IMG/VR virus record: IMGVR_UViG_3300027791_000009
Location: 55,870-119,869 of that record
Direction: 5' to 3' (one strand)
Origin: a virus
DNA: 64,000 bases
How positions within the stretch are numbered: the stretch's first letter is position 1; every line of letters starts with the position of its first letter. Shown one piece after another: positions 40,529 to 49,837 of this stretch. Both the position numbers and the translations under genes were made by a program. The notes beneath the pieces are model-generated. The model had not been told where the DNA came from. It ran no database searches and saw only the letters and a program-made list of their open reading frames with translations.

Positions 40529-41721
40529 TGGAACATTTAGATAAATTTAAAAAAATAATAACAGAATTAAAAGCTGACGGTAGATACCGTGTATTCAATG
40601 ATATCTTACGAACCAGAGGTAGTTATCCTAACGCAATCTGGTATTCAAAATACTCAATCAAAAAAATAGTCAACTGGTGTTCAAATGATTATCTAGGCAT
40701 GGGCCAACATTCTTATGTTATAGATAGCATGAAAACAGCACTGGAGACGAGCGGAGCGGGTGCTGGAGGGACGAGAAACATCTCCGGTACAACTCACTAT
40801 CACATTGCATTAGAACACGAATTAACTCAATTACACGACAAAGAAAGTGCGTTATTATTCACTTCAGCATACAACGCTAATCAAACAACTTTAGAAACTA
40901 TGGGCAAGATTATGCCTGAAATTTTATTTATTTCAGACGCCGAAAATCATTCTTCTATCATACAAGGATTAAGACATAGTAAATGTAAAAAAGAAATATT
41001 TAAACATAATGATTTAGACGATTTAGAAAGTATCTTAAAGTCTAACCCTGGTCCTAAATGTGTAGTATTTGAAAGTGTCTATAGTATGGACGGAGATATT
41101 GCACCTGTAAAAGAGATTGCTGATTTATGTAAAAAGTATAAAGCTATATCGTACATTGATGAAGTACACGGAGTTGGTTTATACGGACCAAAAGGTGCTG
41201 GTATTTGTGAACGAGATAATGTTGATGTTGATATTATTAATGGAACATTAGCAAAGGCCTATGGTGTACAGGGAGGTTACATTTGTGGAAAGAGAGAGTT
41301 TATAGACGCAATTAGAAGTATGGCAAGTGCGTTTATATTTACAACTAGTTTATCGCCTGTACTATGTGCCGGTGCTTTAACAAGTATTAAGTATGTTAAA
41401 GACCATCCAGAATTAAGAGAACAACTACAAGAACGAGCTCAAAAAACAAAAGAAGAATTAACAAGACAAGGTATAGAAGTATTACAAAACGATAGTCATA
41501 TCGTACCAGTAATTATAGGTGACGCTAAAAAATGTAAAGCAGTTTCAGATGAATTACTTTACAAAGATGGTATCTATGTACAACCTATTAACTATCCTAC
41601 GGTTGCTGTTGGTACTGAAAGACTAAGATTTACACCTACACCATTTCATACAGATATGATGATATTTGATATGGTAGTTAAAGTTAAATCTGCTATGCGA
41701 AGATGTGGTAAAACTAAATGA
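40528..41721 (+). CDS. hemA: 5-aminolevulinate synthase (Shemin pathway)
   Basis: GRYRVF, WCSNDYLGM, GAGAGGTRNISGT, DEVHGVGLYG, GTLAKAYG (PLP Lys), FIFTTSL, SHIVP, YVQPINYPTV; start at the TAATG junction. Confidence 0.92.
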   Translation: MEHLDKFKKIITELKADGRYRVFNDILRTRGSYPNAIWYSKYSIKKIVNWCSNDYLGMGQHSYVIDSMKTALETSGAGAGGTRNISGTTHYHIALEHELTQLHDKESALLFTSAYNANQTTLETMGKIMPEILFISDAENHSSIIQGLRHSKCKKEIFKHNDLDDLESILKSNPGPKCVVFESVYSMDGDIAPVKEIADLCKKYKAISYIDEVHGVGLYGPKGAGICERDNVDVDIINGTLAKAYGVQGGYICGKREFIDAIRSMASAFIFTTSLSPVLCAGALTSIKYVKDHPELREQLQERAQKTKEELTRQGIEVLQNDSHIVPVIIGDAKKCKAVSDELLYKDGIYVQPINYPTVAVGTERLRFTPTPFHTDMMIFDMVVKVKSAMRRCGKTK

Positions 41722-41912
41722 ATGTAAAAGAAGAACTTGATTGGTTAATAAGTGATGGTGCAAATGGTTTAGAAATCTTATTGTTTCTATTACGATACGA
41801 CACAACTATACAAAGTTTGATAGGTATAGGGGTGTTATTTGTACTAGTATGTTGGTATTTTGATAAAAAAGACGATAAAGACACGAAATGGGACATCGAC
41901 CCTCATGGATAA
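41718..41912 (+). CDS. Small membrane protein
   Basis: Hydrophobic SLIGIGVLFVLVCWYF; overlaps the hemA stop. Confidence 0.5.
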   Translation: MNVKEELDWLISDGANGLEILLFLLRYDTTIQSLIGIGVLFVLVCWYFDKKDDKDTKWDIDPHG

Positions 41913-41913
41913 T

Positions 41914-41921
41914 TATAAATA
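41914..41921 (+). promoter_or_regulatory. T4-type late promoter
   Basis: TATAAATA before gp13. Confidence 0.8.
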
Positions 41922-41946
41922 TTGCTAAAGACAAAGGAATAAAACT

Positions 41947-42753
41947 ATGGCCATACCTAACACTAGACAGACGCTTATCTCATATGCTAAGAGAGCCTTG
42001 GGACATCCTGTAATTGAAATTAATGTTGATGATGACCAAGTAGATGATAGAGTTGATGAAGCAATACAATACTATCAACAATATCATTATGACGGTATCA
42101 AAAGAGTATACTTAAAATACCAATACACACAGGCAGACAAAACTAGAATACTATCAGATACTTCTGAAGGTGTCACAAAAAATTCTGTAACCACAACTTG
42201 GAAAACAGGAAACGGTTATATCATTGTTCCTGATTCAATTGTTGGAGTACAAAACATATTTCCTTTTTCTAGTAAAGGTAGTCTAAACTTATTTGATGTT
42301 AGATATCAGTTAAGACTAAATGACCTTTACGATTTCTCATCTACAAGTGTTGTCAACTATGACATTGTAATGAGACAATTAGATTTCCTAGACCACATAT
42401 TAGTTGGTGAAAAACCATTAAGGTTTAATCAACATGACAATAAATTACACATTGATATGGATTGGGGAAGCGACTTGCAAGTTGGTGAGTATCTAGTTAT
42501 TGACGCATACAGAAAACTAGACCCAGACACTTATACAGATGTATATGATGACATTTGGTTAAAGAGATACACAACTGCATTAGTAAAAAAACAATGGGGT
42601 GCCAACCTCTCTAAATTTAATGGAGTAGCAATGATTGGTGGGGTTACATTAAACGGACAACAAATCTATTCTGAAGCACTACAAGATGTAGAAAAATTAG
42701 AAACAGAAATTAGAAACTCGTTTGAACTAAACCCAGCAATGTTAATAGGATAA
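41947..42753 (+). CDS. gp13: Neck protein gp13
   Basis: RALGHPVIEINVDDDQ, WLKRYTTALVKKQWG.NL.KF, GGVTLNG. Confidence 0.9.
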   Translation: MAIPNTRQTLISYAKRALGHPVIEINVDDDQVDDRVDEAIQYYQQYHYDGIKRVYLKYQYTQADKTRILSDTSEGVTKNSVTTTWKTGNGYIIVPDSIVGVQNIFPFSSKGSLNLFDVRYQLRLNDLYDFSSTSVVNYDIVMRQLDFLDHILVGEKPLRFNQHDNKLHIDMDWGSDLQVGEYLVIDAYRKLDPDTYTDVYDDIWLKRYTTALVKKQWGANLSKFNGVAMIGGVTLNGQQIYSEALQDVEKLETEIRNSFELNPAMLIG

Positions 42754-42760
42754 AAATACA

Positions 42761-43600
42761 ATGGCCGTTAATCATTACTTTCAAGGCGGCGATGGCATAG
42801 GTAGTCAAAATGAAAAAAGGTTAATAGAAGATTTAATCGTTGAAAATTTAAAAATCTATGGTCACGCTGTTTATTATTTACCAAGAACTCTTGTCAATAG
42901 AGATTTAATTCTTGGCGAAGACTCTGCGTCTAGGTTTGACGACTCGTATATGGTTGAAATGTACTTTGAAACGGTAGAAGGATTCCAAGGCGAACAAGAA
43001 ATAATTAGTAAGTTTGGTTTAGAAATAAGAGACGATACAACTTTTGTAATCGCAAAGAGAAGATTCCAAGAACAAGTTGATGATACTGCAAACTTAGTAG
43101 TAGATGGTCGACCTAACGAAGGTGATGTAATATACTATCCTTTAATGAACAAGTTTTTTGAAGTTGCATTTGTCGAAGACCAAGAGCCGTTCTTTCAATT
43201 AGGTGCTTTACCTGTTTACAAATTAAGATGTAAAACTTTTGAATATTCAAGTGAAGAGTTTAACACAGGAGTTGGTGCAATAGATTCAGCAGATGATAGA
43301 CTATCATTAGATACAAGTTTACAATACCAATTTAGACTTGAAGACGGTACACTAAATCAGTCTTCTTATTCTGGTTTCTTACAACTAGAACAAGGTGACG
43401 CAAATGGTAATCCTCAGTATGTAATACAAGAAGAATTTGATGATATTACTACAGACGGAGACGCCGCTACAAGTATACAAACAAGGTCTGTTTACGCTGA
43501 TAATTTAGATTTAGATACTGAAGCAGGTTTTGATACTGCAACGGTTTCAGATGACATATTAGACTTTACAGAAAGCAACCCATTTGGAGATGTTAAGTAA
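42761..43600 (+). CDS. gp14: Neck protein gp14
   Basis: E.LKIYG..VYYLPR, SKFGLEIRD, RPNEGD.IY.P, PFFQLG, DFTESNPFG. Confidence 0.9.
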   Translation: MAVNHYFQGGDGIGSQNEKRLIEDLIVENLKIYGHAVYYLPRTLVNRDLILGEDSASRFDDSYMVEMYFETVEGFQGEQEIISKFGLEIRDDTTFVIAKRRFQEQVDDTANLVVDGRPNEGDVIYYPLMNKFFEVAFVEDQEPFFQLGALPVYKLRCKTFEYSSEEFNTGVGAIDSADDRLSLDTSLQYQFRLEDGTLNQSSYSGFLQLEQGDANGNPQYVIQEEFDDITTDGDAATSIQTRSVYADNLDLDTEAGFDTATVSDDILDFTESNPFGDVK

Positions 43601-44412
43601 TGTTCGGAACACATTTTTATAACGAAGGATTAAGAAAACTAACTATTGCGTTTGGACAGATTTTTAATAAGATTATTGTACAAACAAAAGACGCAAACGG
43701 TTCAGTTGTAAAACGATATACGGTGCCTTTAGCATATGCACCTAAAGAAAAGTTTATTACAAGATTAACACAACAACCTGATTTACAAGATACACAATTT
43801 TCAACTATTCTACCTCGTATAGGTTTTCAAATTAGTGGTCTACAATATGACCCTAGTAGAAAATTAAATAAGTTGACAAAAACTAGAACTCCATCAACAG
43901 AAGGTTCTACTACTGCTCAACAACAAAATATGAAGTTTAATTATACACCTGTTCCGTATAACATAACTTACTCTTTGTATATCTTTACTGCAACAGCAGA
44001 AAATGGATTACAGATTATGGAACAGATAGTTCCGTATTTTCAACCCGATTATACGGTGACTATAAATATGATACCAGACATGAACATTAAGCGTGATGTA
44101 CCTATTATCATAGGCGACATTGCATACGAAGATAATTATGACGGAGACTTTAGTACAAGAAGAGCAGTAATTTATACAATTAACTTTACTGCAAAAACCT
44201 ATCTATATGGACCGTCAACTAGTCAAGGTGTTGTTAGAAAAGTACAAACAGACCTTGGTACAGATACAATAAATAAAGCAAGAGAAGAGAGAATAGTGAT
44301 AACACCAAATCCATCATCAGCAACACCTGGTGACGATTTCGGATTTACAACAAATATATCATTCTTTAACGATGGAAAGAAATTTGACCCATCAACTGGA
44401 AGTGATACATAA
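43600..44412 (+). CDS. gp15: Tail sheath stabiliser/terminator gp15
   Basis: IAFGQIFN, VPLAYAPKEKF, LPR, YDPSRKLNK, PVPYN, EQIVPYFQP. Confidence 0.9.
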   Translation: MFGTHFYNEGLRKLTIAFGQIFNKIIVQTKDANGSVVKRYTVPLAYAPKEKFITRLTQQPDLQDTQFSTILPRIGFQISGLQYDPSRKLNKLTKTRTPSTEGSTTAQQQNMKFNYTPVPYNITYSLYIFTATAENGLQIMEQIVPYFQPDYTVTINMIPDMNIKRDVPIIIGDIAYEDNYDGDFSTRRAVIYTINFTAKTYLYGPSTSQGVVRKVQTDLGTDTINKAREERIVITPNPSSATPGDDFGFTTNISFFNDGKKFDPSTGSDT

Positions 44413-44424
44413 TGAGAGGTATAA

Positions 44425-45057
44425 ATGAACAAAGAAGAAATAATAGTATTAGACAATGTTTTACCAGAAGTCGTAAATAACAGCTTTCAACAAAACATTA
44501 CAAGACTAGCATATATCCTATCTATGGATATCCTACCAAATCAAGTAGACAATAAAGGCATTGTAAAAGATGATAATACATTTTCGTCTACACAAATGGT
44601 ACACAGAGTTTTTTTACACAATCAACCTCAAAAAGGACCTCAAAATCCTGCCATTGAACCTATAAGACATTCATTATCTGAAATGGTTGGCAAAGCAGGA
44701 CTACTTACAAAAGAGTTTGATAAGGTAGAAATGTTAAGAGCAAAATTTAATTTAATGTTTCCACATCCTGATTTCAAAGATGGTAAATATAATATGGCTC
44801 ATGTTGATGATGAAGACGAAGAACATATGGTTTGCATTTACTATCCAACAGATACAGATGGTGATACTATATTGTTTAATGAGTTTTTTAGTAAAGATAA
44901 GAAACCAGAAACACTAAGTATTGCTAAGAGAGTTAAACCAAAAGCAAATCGTTGCGTAATATTTCATGGTTGGAGATTTCACGCAAGTAGTAATCCAGTT
45001 AAATCTAATAGTAGAATAGTTTTAAATACAAACTTCAAGGTCGTAAACAATGGGTAA
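44425..45057 (+). CDS. 2OG-Fe(II) oxygenase
   Basis: AHVD...IYY..DTDGDT.LF...PKANRCVIF.G..FHASSNP....R. Confidence 0.75.
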   Translation: MNKEEIIVLDNVLPEVVNNSFQQNITRLAYILSMDILPNQVDNKGIVKDDNTFSSTQMVHRVFLHNQPQKGPQNPAIEPIRHSLSEMVGKAGLLTKEFDKVEMLRAKFNLMFPHPDFKDGKYNMAHVDDEDEEHMVCIYYPTDTDGDTILFNEFFSKDKKPETLSIAKRVKPKANRCVIFHGWRFHASSNPVKSNSRIVLNTNFKVVNNG

Positions 45058-45538
45058 ACTAGAAGACAAAGTAAATGATATTTTAGGTATCAAAGAAGAG
45101 AGTACTCCTGTAGCAGAATTAATGTTGCAAGAGAAGTCTGTACCTGTACCTAGAGTTGAAGACCCAAAGAAAGACGATATAGAAAACGATTACAAATATA
45201 GTAGAGAAAATTACTATAATTTAATTGAACGAGGACAAGACGCAATACAAGGCATTTTAGATGTTGCAAAAGAAGGGCAACACCCAAGAGCATATGAAGT
45301 CGCAGGTGCATTAATTAAAAATGTAGCCGACACCGTTGATAAATTACAAGACTTACAAAGTAAATTATCTAAACTAAAAGATGTACCGAATAAGACAACT
45401 AATAACATTAAGAATGCTTTGTTTGTAGGTTCAACTGCTGAACTACAAAAACATTTAAAGGACAAAAAGTTTGATGAACAACCAAGAGACATATCAAACG
45501 ACCCCTTTAAAGATACACCAATTGAAGGAAAAGATTAA
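45050..45538 (+). CDS. gp16: Terminase small subunit gp16
   Basis: DYKYSRENYYNLIERG, HPRAYEV, NALFVGSTAELQK. Confidence 0.9.
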   Translation: MGKLEDKVNDILGIKEESTPVAELMLQEKSVPVPRVEDPKKDDIENDYKYSRENYYNLIERGQDAIQGILDVAKEGQHPRAYEVAGALIKNVADTVDKLQDLQSKLSKLKDVPNKTTNNIKNALFVGSTAELQKHLKDKKFDEQPRDISNDPFKDTPIEGKD

Positions 45539-45541
45539 GTT

Positions 45542-47173
45542 ATGACAGACGCATATCTAGGTAACCCTAATCTAAAAAAAGTAAACACACCACAAGAGTT
45601 TACTTCTGAGGAGATTAAGGAGTTTAAAAAATGTGAAAATAATCCTGTGTACTTTATGAAATCATATGTACAGATTGTTTCACTTGATGAAGGACTAGTG
45701 CCTTTTGATATGTATCCTTTCCAAGAAAAAATTGTAAAAACAATACATGAGAATAGATTTACTATTTGTAAACTACCTAGACAATCAGGTAAGTCTACAA
45801 CAACTATATCATATCTATTACATTATGCGTTATTTAATCCTAATAGTAATATTGCTATATTGGCAAACAAATCATCTACTGCAAGAGATATATTAGGAAG
45901 ACTACAACTTGCATATGAGAATTTACCAAAATGGTTACAACAAGGTGTGTTAAACTGGAACAAAGGTAATATAGAATTAGAGAATGGAAGTAAAGTAGTA
46001 GCAGCTGCAACATCTTCAAGTGCTGTTCGAGGAGGTTCATATAACATTATCTTCCTTGACGAGTTTGCTTTCGTACCTACAACTATTGCTGAACAATTTT
46101 TTAGTTCCGTTTATCCTACGATTACTTCTGGTAAGTCAACTAAAGTTATTATCGTTTCAACTCCTCACGGAATGAATCAATTTTATAAACTATGGGTTGA
46201 CGCTGAAGCAGGACAAAACGATTACATACCTATTGAAGTACATTGGTCAGAAGTACCAGGTAGAGATATTAAGTGGAAAGAAGAAACAATAAGAAACACT
46301 AGTGAGTCTCAATTTGCTAGTGAGTTTGAGTGTGAGTTTTTAGGAAGTATTGATACATTAATCAATCCTGCTAAAATCAAAGCGACACCGTATATGACAC
46401 CACTTAAAACAAATGGACGATTGAGTATCTTTGAAGAAGTTGTAAAAGGCAATACTTACTTATGTACGGTTGATGTTGCCAGAGGTACACTAAAAGATTT
46501 CTCAGCGTTTATTATATTTGATGTAACCTCTTTACCTTATAGAGTGGTTGCAACATTTAGAGACAATGAGATTAAACCTATATTATTTCCTAATACGATT
46601 GCTCAAGTCTGTACACAATATAACAAAGCACATATACTTGTAGAGGTCAATGATATTGGTGCTCAGATTTCAGATGGTTTACATTATGAATTAGAGTATG
46701 ACAATATGTTAATGACTACACAGAAAGGTAGAGCTGGACAAATACTTGGCGCTATGTTTAGTGCAAGAGGTTCACAATTAGGTGTACGAATGACTAAACA
46801 GATTAAAAAAATAGGTACTGCAAACATCAAAGCGATTATAGAGTCTGATAAAATAATTCTTAATGACTTTAATATTATCGGAGAAATGTCTACCTTTACA
46901 AGAAAAAATCAAAGTTGGCAAGCTGAAGAAGGTTGCAATGATGACTATATGACTTGTCTAACTATATTAGGTTGGGTTGCAAACCAAAGGTATTTCAAAG
47001 AAATGACTGATAGAAATATCAGAGCAGAAATGTATGCTGAACAAGAAAAGTTAATAGAACAAGATATGGCGCCGTTTGGATTCGTGGATAATGGTATTGA
47101 TACAGAAGAAGAACAACCGTTTTCAGACGAATATGGACAGATTTGGCATCCCGCTGTACGCAAAGGTAGTTGA
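45542..47173 (+). CDS. gp17: Terminase large subunit gp17
   Basis: YLGNPNLK, PRQSGKST (Walker A), IIFLDEFAF (Walker B), STPHG, DDYM nuclease motif. Confidence 0.95.
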   Translation: MTDAYLGNPNLKKVNTPQEFTSEEIKEFKKCENNPVYFMKSYVQIVSLDEGLVPFDMYPFQEKIVKTIHENRFTICKLPRQSGKSTTTISYLLHYALFNPNSNIAILANKSSTARDILGRLQLAYENLPKWLQQGVLNWNKGNIELENGSKVVAAATSSSAVRGGSYNIIFLDEFAFVPTTIAEQFFSSVYPTITSGKSTKVIIVSTPHGMNQFYKLWVDAEAGQNDYIPIEVHWSEVPGRDIKWKEETIRNTSESQFASEFECEFLGSIDTLINPAKIKATPYMTPLKTNGRLSIFEEVVKGNTYLCTVDVARGTLKDFSAFIIFDVTSLPYRVVATFRDNEIKPILFPNTIAQVCTQYNKAHILVEVNDIGAQISDGLHYELEYDNMLMTTQKGRAGQILGAMFSARGSQLGVRMTKQIKKIGTANIKAIIESDKIILNDFNIIGEMSTFTRKNQSWQAEEGCNDDYMTCLTILGWVANQRYFKEMTDRNIRAEMYAEQEKLIEQDMAPFGFVDNGIDTEEEQPFSDEYGQIWHPAVRKGS

Positions 47174-47308
47174 TGAAGCTTCCCTATTTGATAAATATAA
47201 ACGATTGAGAAATTTGAATATGGGCGTATGAATAATACGAATTTTGACAAAGGAAAACATTATGTATTTTTATAAAAATACAAACAATAAAATAGAGGAG
47301 AAAACCTA

Positions 47309-49243
47309 ATGGCATTTCAAGTATCACCAGGCGTTCTCGTACAAGAAAAGGATTTAACTAATATAATTCCTGCTGTATCTACTAGTATTGGAGCATATGC
47401 TCTAAATTCAAGTAGAGGTCCAGTTGGAGAGGTAACGCTTATCTCTTCTGAACAAGAATTAGTTAGTATCTTTGGAAAACCTACTGCAACGAACTTTGAA
47501 GAGTATTTTACTGCTTCATCTTTCCTTCAGTATTCCAATGCTCTGAAGCTAGTACGAACTGAAAACCCTGGAATTTTAAACGCTGTAACCAACGGTGGTT
47601 CAGCAGTATTGGTCAAAAATACTGACCAATATAACTCAACATACTTAGCAGATGGTGCTTACACTGGTATTTCTGGTAGGGAGTTTGTCGCAAGAACAGC
47701 TGGCGCTTATGGAAATAGTTTATCTGTTTCTGTATGTCCTTCTGCTATTGCATACTCACAGGATGCGGTTACAACCGTAAACGATAGTGCAGTATCAATT
47801 GGCGACACAACTATAACAATGACAAGTGGAACTAACATTAATGTTGGTGACATTGTTGCATTTTCAACATCAGCCGCTACTAACGATTATGATGACGGAA
47901 TTGAATACGAGGTAACAGCCGTATCAACTAACGACATTACAATTAAGAAAAAAGTTGGTTCAGGTGGTTTAACTAGAGTTATCTTAGATGGCGCTAATGT
48001 TAGACGAAGATGGTCACATTACGATTTTGTAAGTGGTGCACCTGGAACATCTCCAGATGTATTAGCTGCCGGTGGTAGTGATGATGAAATTCATGTTGTC
48101 GTTATAGACGCTGACGGTTCTATATCAGGAACTAAAGGCGAAGTACTAGAAGTATACGAAAAAGTATCAAAAGCTAAAGACGCAAAAGACGCTGGTGGTT
48201 CTAATAATTTCTATCCAGAAGTTATTTACAAGAAATCATCTTTCATCTTTTGGGGAGACCATAACTCAAACGGAACTAATTGGGGTAACGCAAAAGCAAA
48301 TACTGCTTTCACTGCTGTATCAGGACCTATTGCATTAACATTCGGAAACGGTGCTGATGGAAGTGTGACTGACGGTGCTAGAAAGTCTGCATTTGAATTG
48401 TTCCAAGATTCAGAAACCGTTGATGTTGGTTTGATAATGGCTGGTCCAGCAAGTCTGAACTTGATTGGTGATTTAATTACAATCGCTGAAACAAGAAAAG
48501 ATTGTATAGTATTTGCTAGTCCACAAAGAAGTGATGTAGTTAATATTGCTTCTGCTATAACTCAAACTAATAATGTACTTGCGTTCTTCAATGCAGTACA
48601 ATCATCTAGTTATGTAATCTTTGATAGTGGTTACAAATATATGTATGACAGATATTCTGATGTATATAGATATGTACCGTTAAACGGAGATATGGCTGGT
48701 TTGTCAGCAAGAACTGATTTAACTAATGACGCTTGGTTTAGTCCTGCTGGATTAAACAGAGGTATTGTTAGAGGTGCAGTTAAACTTGCTTATAGTCCAA
48801 ACAAAACTCAACGAGACGAACTTTACAGAGCGAGAGTAAACCCAGTTGTTTCTTTCCCTGGTCAAGGTATTATCTTGTTTGGTGATAAGACTGGACTAAC
48901 AACACCATCTGCATTTGATAGAATAAATGTACGAAGATTGTTCATTGTTTTAGAAAAGGCAATTGCTACAGCTTCTAAATTTCAACTCTTTGAATTCAAT
49001 GATGAGTTTACAAGAGCTAACTTTAGAAACCTAACAGAACCTTTTTTAAGAGAAGTACAAGGTAGACGAGGTATCACAGACTTTTTAGTAGTATGTGATG
49101 AAACAAATAACACAGGCGAAGTAATTGATAGAAACGAGTTTATTGCTGAGATTTACATTAAACCAGCAAGAAGTATCAACTTTATCACATTATCTTTTGT
49201 CGCAACCAGAACTGGTGTGGCTTTTTCAGAAGTCGCAGGTTAG
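47309..49243 (+). CDS. gp18: Tail sheath protein gp18
   Basis: SPGVLVQEKDLT, WFSPAG..RG, FGDKT, SAFDRINVRRLF, FEFND, KPARSINFI. Confidence 0.95.
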   Translation: MAFQVSPGVLVQEKDLTNIIPAVSTSIGAYALNSSRGPVGEVTLISSEQELVSIFGKPTATNFEEYFTASSFLQYSNALKLVRTENPGILNAVTNGGSAVLVKNTDQYNSTYLADGAYTGISGREFVARTAGAYGNSLSVSVCPSAIAYSQDAVTTVNDSAVSIGDTTITMTSGTNINVGDIVAFSTSAATNDYDDGIEYEVTAVSTNDITIKKKVGSGGLTRVILDGANVRRRWSHYDFVSGAPGTSPDVLAAGGSDDEIHVVVIDADGSISGTKGEVLEVYEKVSKAKDAKDAGGSNNFYPEVIYKKSSFIFWGDHNSNGTNWGNAKANTAFTAVSGPIALTFGNGADGSVTDGARKSAFELFQDSETVDVGLIMAGPASLNLIGDLITIAETRKDCIVFASPQRSDVVNIASAITQTNNVLAFFNAVQSSSYVIFDSGYKYMYDRYSDVYRYVPLNGDMAGLSARTDLTNDAWFSPAGLNRGIVRGAVKLAYSPNKTQRDELYRARVNPVVSFPGQGIILFGDKTGLTTPSAFDRINVRRLFIVLEKAIATASKFQLFEFNDEFTRANFRNLTEPFLREVQGRRGITDFLVVCDETNNTGEVIDRNEFIAEIYIKPARSINFITLSFVATRTGVAFSEVAG

Positions 49244-49262
49244 TAAAGAGGAGAAATAAAAA

Positions 49263-49790
49263 ATGGCAAACATTAATGACTTCAAAACTAAACTTGCTGG
49301 CGGTGGAGCTAGAGCAAACCAATTTAAGGTAACAATGCCTTTCCCTGGTTATGCACAAGTTGGTGGAGAAACAGAAGAACTAGCGTTCTTATGTCAAACG
49401 ACAAGCATACCTGCAATGTCTATTGGTACTACTACGGTTAACTTCCGTGGAAGACCTGTATATCTTGCAGCTGATAGAAACTTTGAACCTTGGAGTATTA
49501 CGGTACTTAACGATACAAACTTCAAATTAAGAGACGCTTTTGAAAGATGGCAAAATGGAATCAATAATATGTCTGATAACGAAGGATTAGTTAATCCAGT
49601 AGATTATCAAGTAGACGCATTTATTGACCATTTAGACAGAAATGGCTCTACTATTAAATCATACACTTTAAGAGGTTGTTTTCCAACTTCTATCGGTGGC
49701 ATTGATTTGAATATGGAACCAACAGAAGCAGTTGAAACATTTGAAGTGGCGTTTAGATACCTATTCTTTGAGGCAAGAACGACTACTTAA
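49263..49790 (+). CDS. gp19: Tail tube protein gp19
   Basis: GGARANQF, FRGR, W.ITVLND..F.LR.AFERW. Confidence 0.92.
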   Translation: MANINDFKTKLAGGGARANQFKVTMPFPGYAQVGGETEELAFLCQTTSIPAMSIGTTTVNFRGRPVYLAADRNFEPWSITVLNDTNFKLRDAFERWQNGINNMSDNEGLVNPVDYQVDAFIDHLDRNGSTIKSYTLRGCFPTSIGGIDLNMEPTEAVETFEVAFRYLFFEARTTT

Positions 49791-49837
49791 TAGTTGAATA
49801 AATATATAATAAAAAGTAAACTTGTGAGGAAAATATA

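Noticed and set aside
39187-41721. Cyanophage ho1-pcyA/pebS interpretation
   Set aside because: The coupled ALA synthase is not a cyanobacterial enzyme, and no photosynthesis genes appear in this window.
47174-47308. Intergenic gap before gp18 as a tRNA or ncRNA
   Set aside because: No cloverleaf or convincing stem; only a near-consensus GATAAATA box and an RBS.
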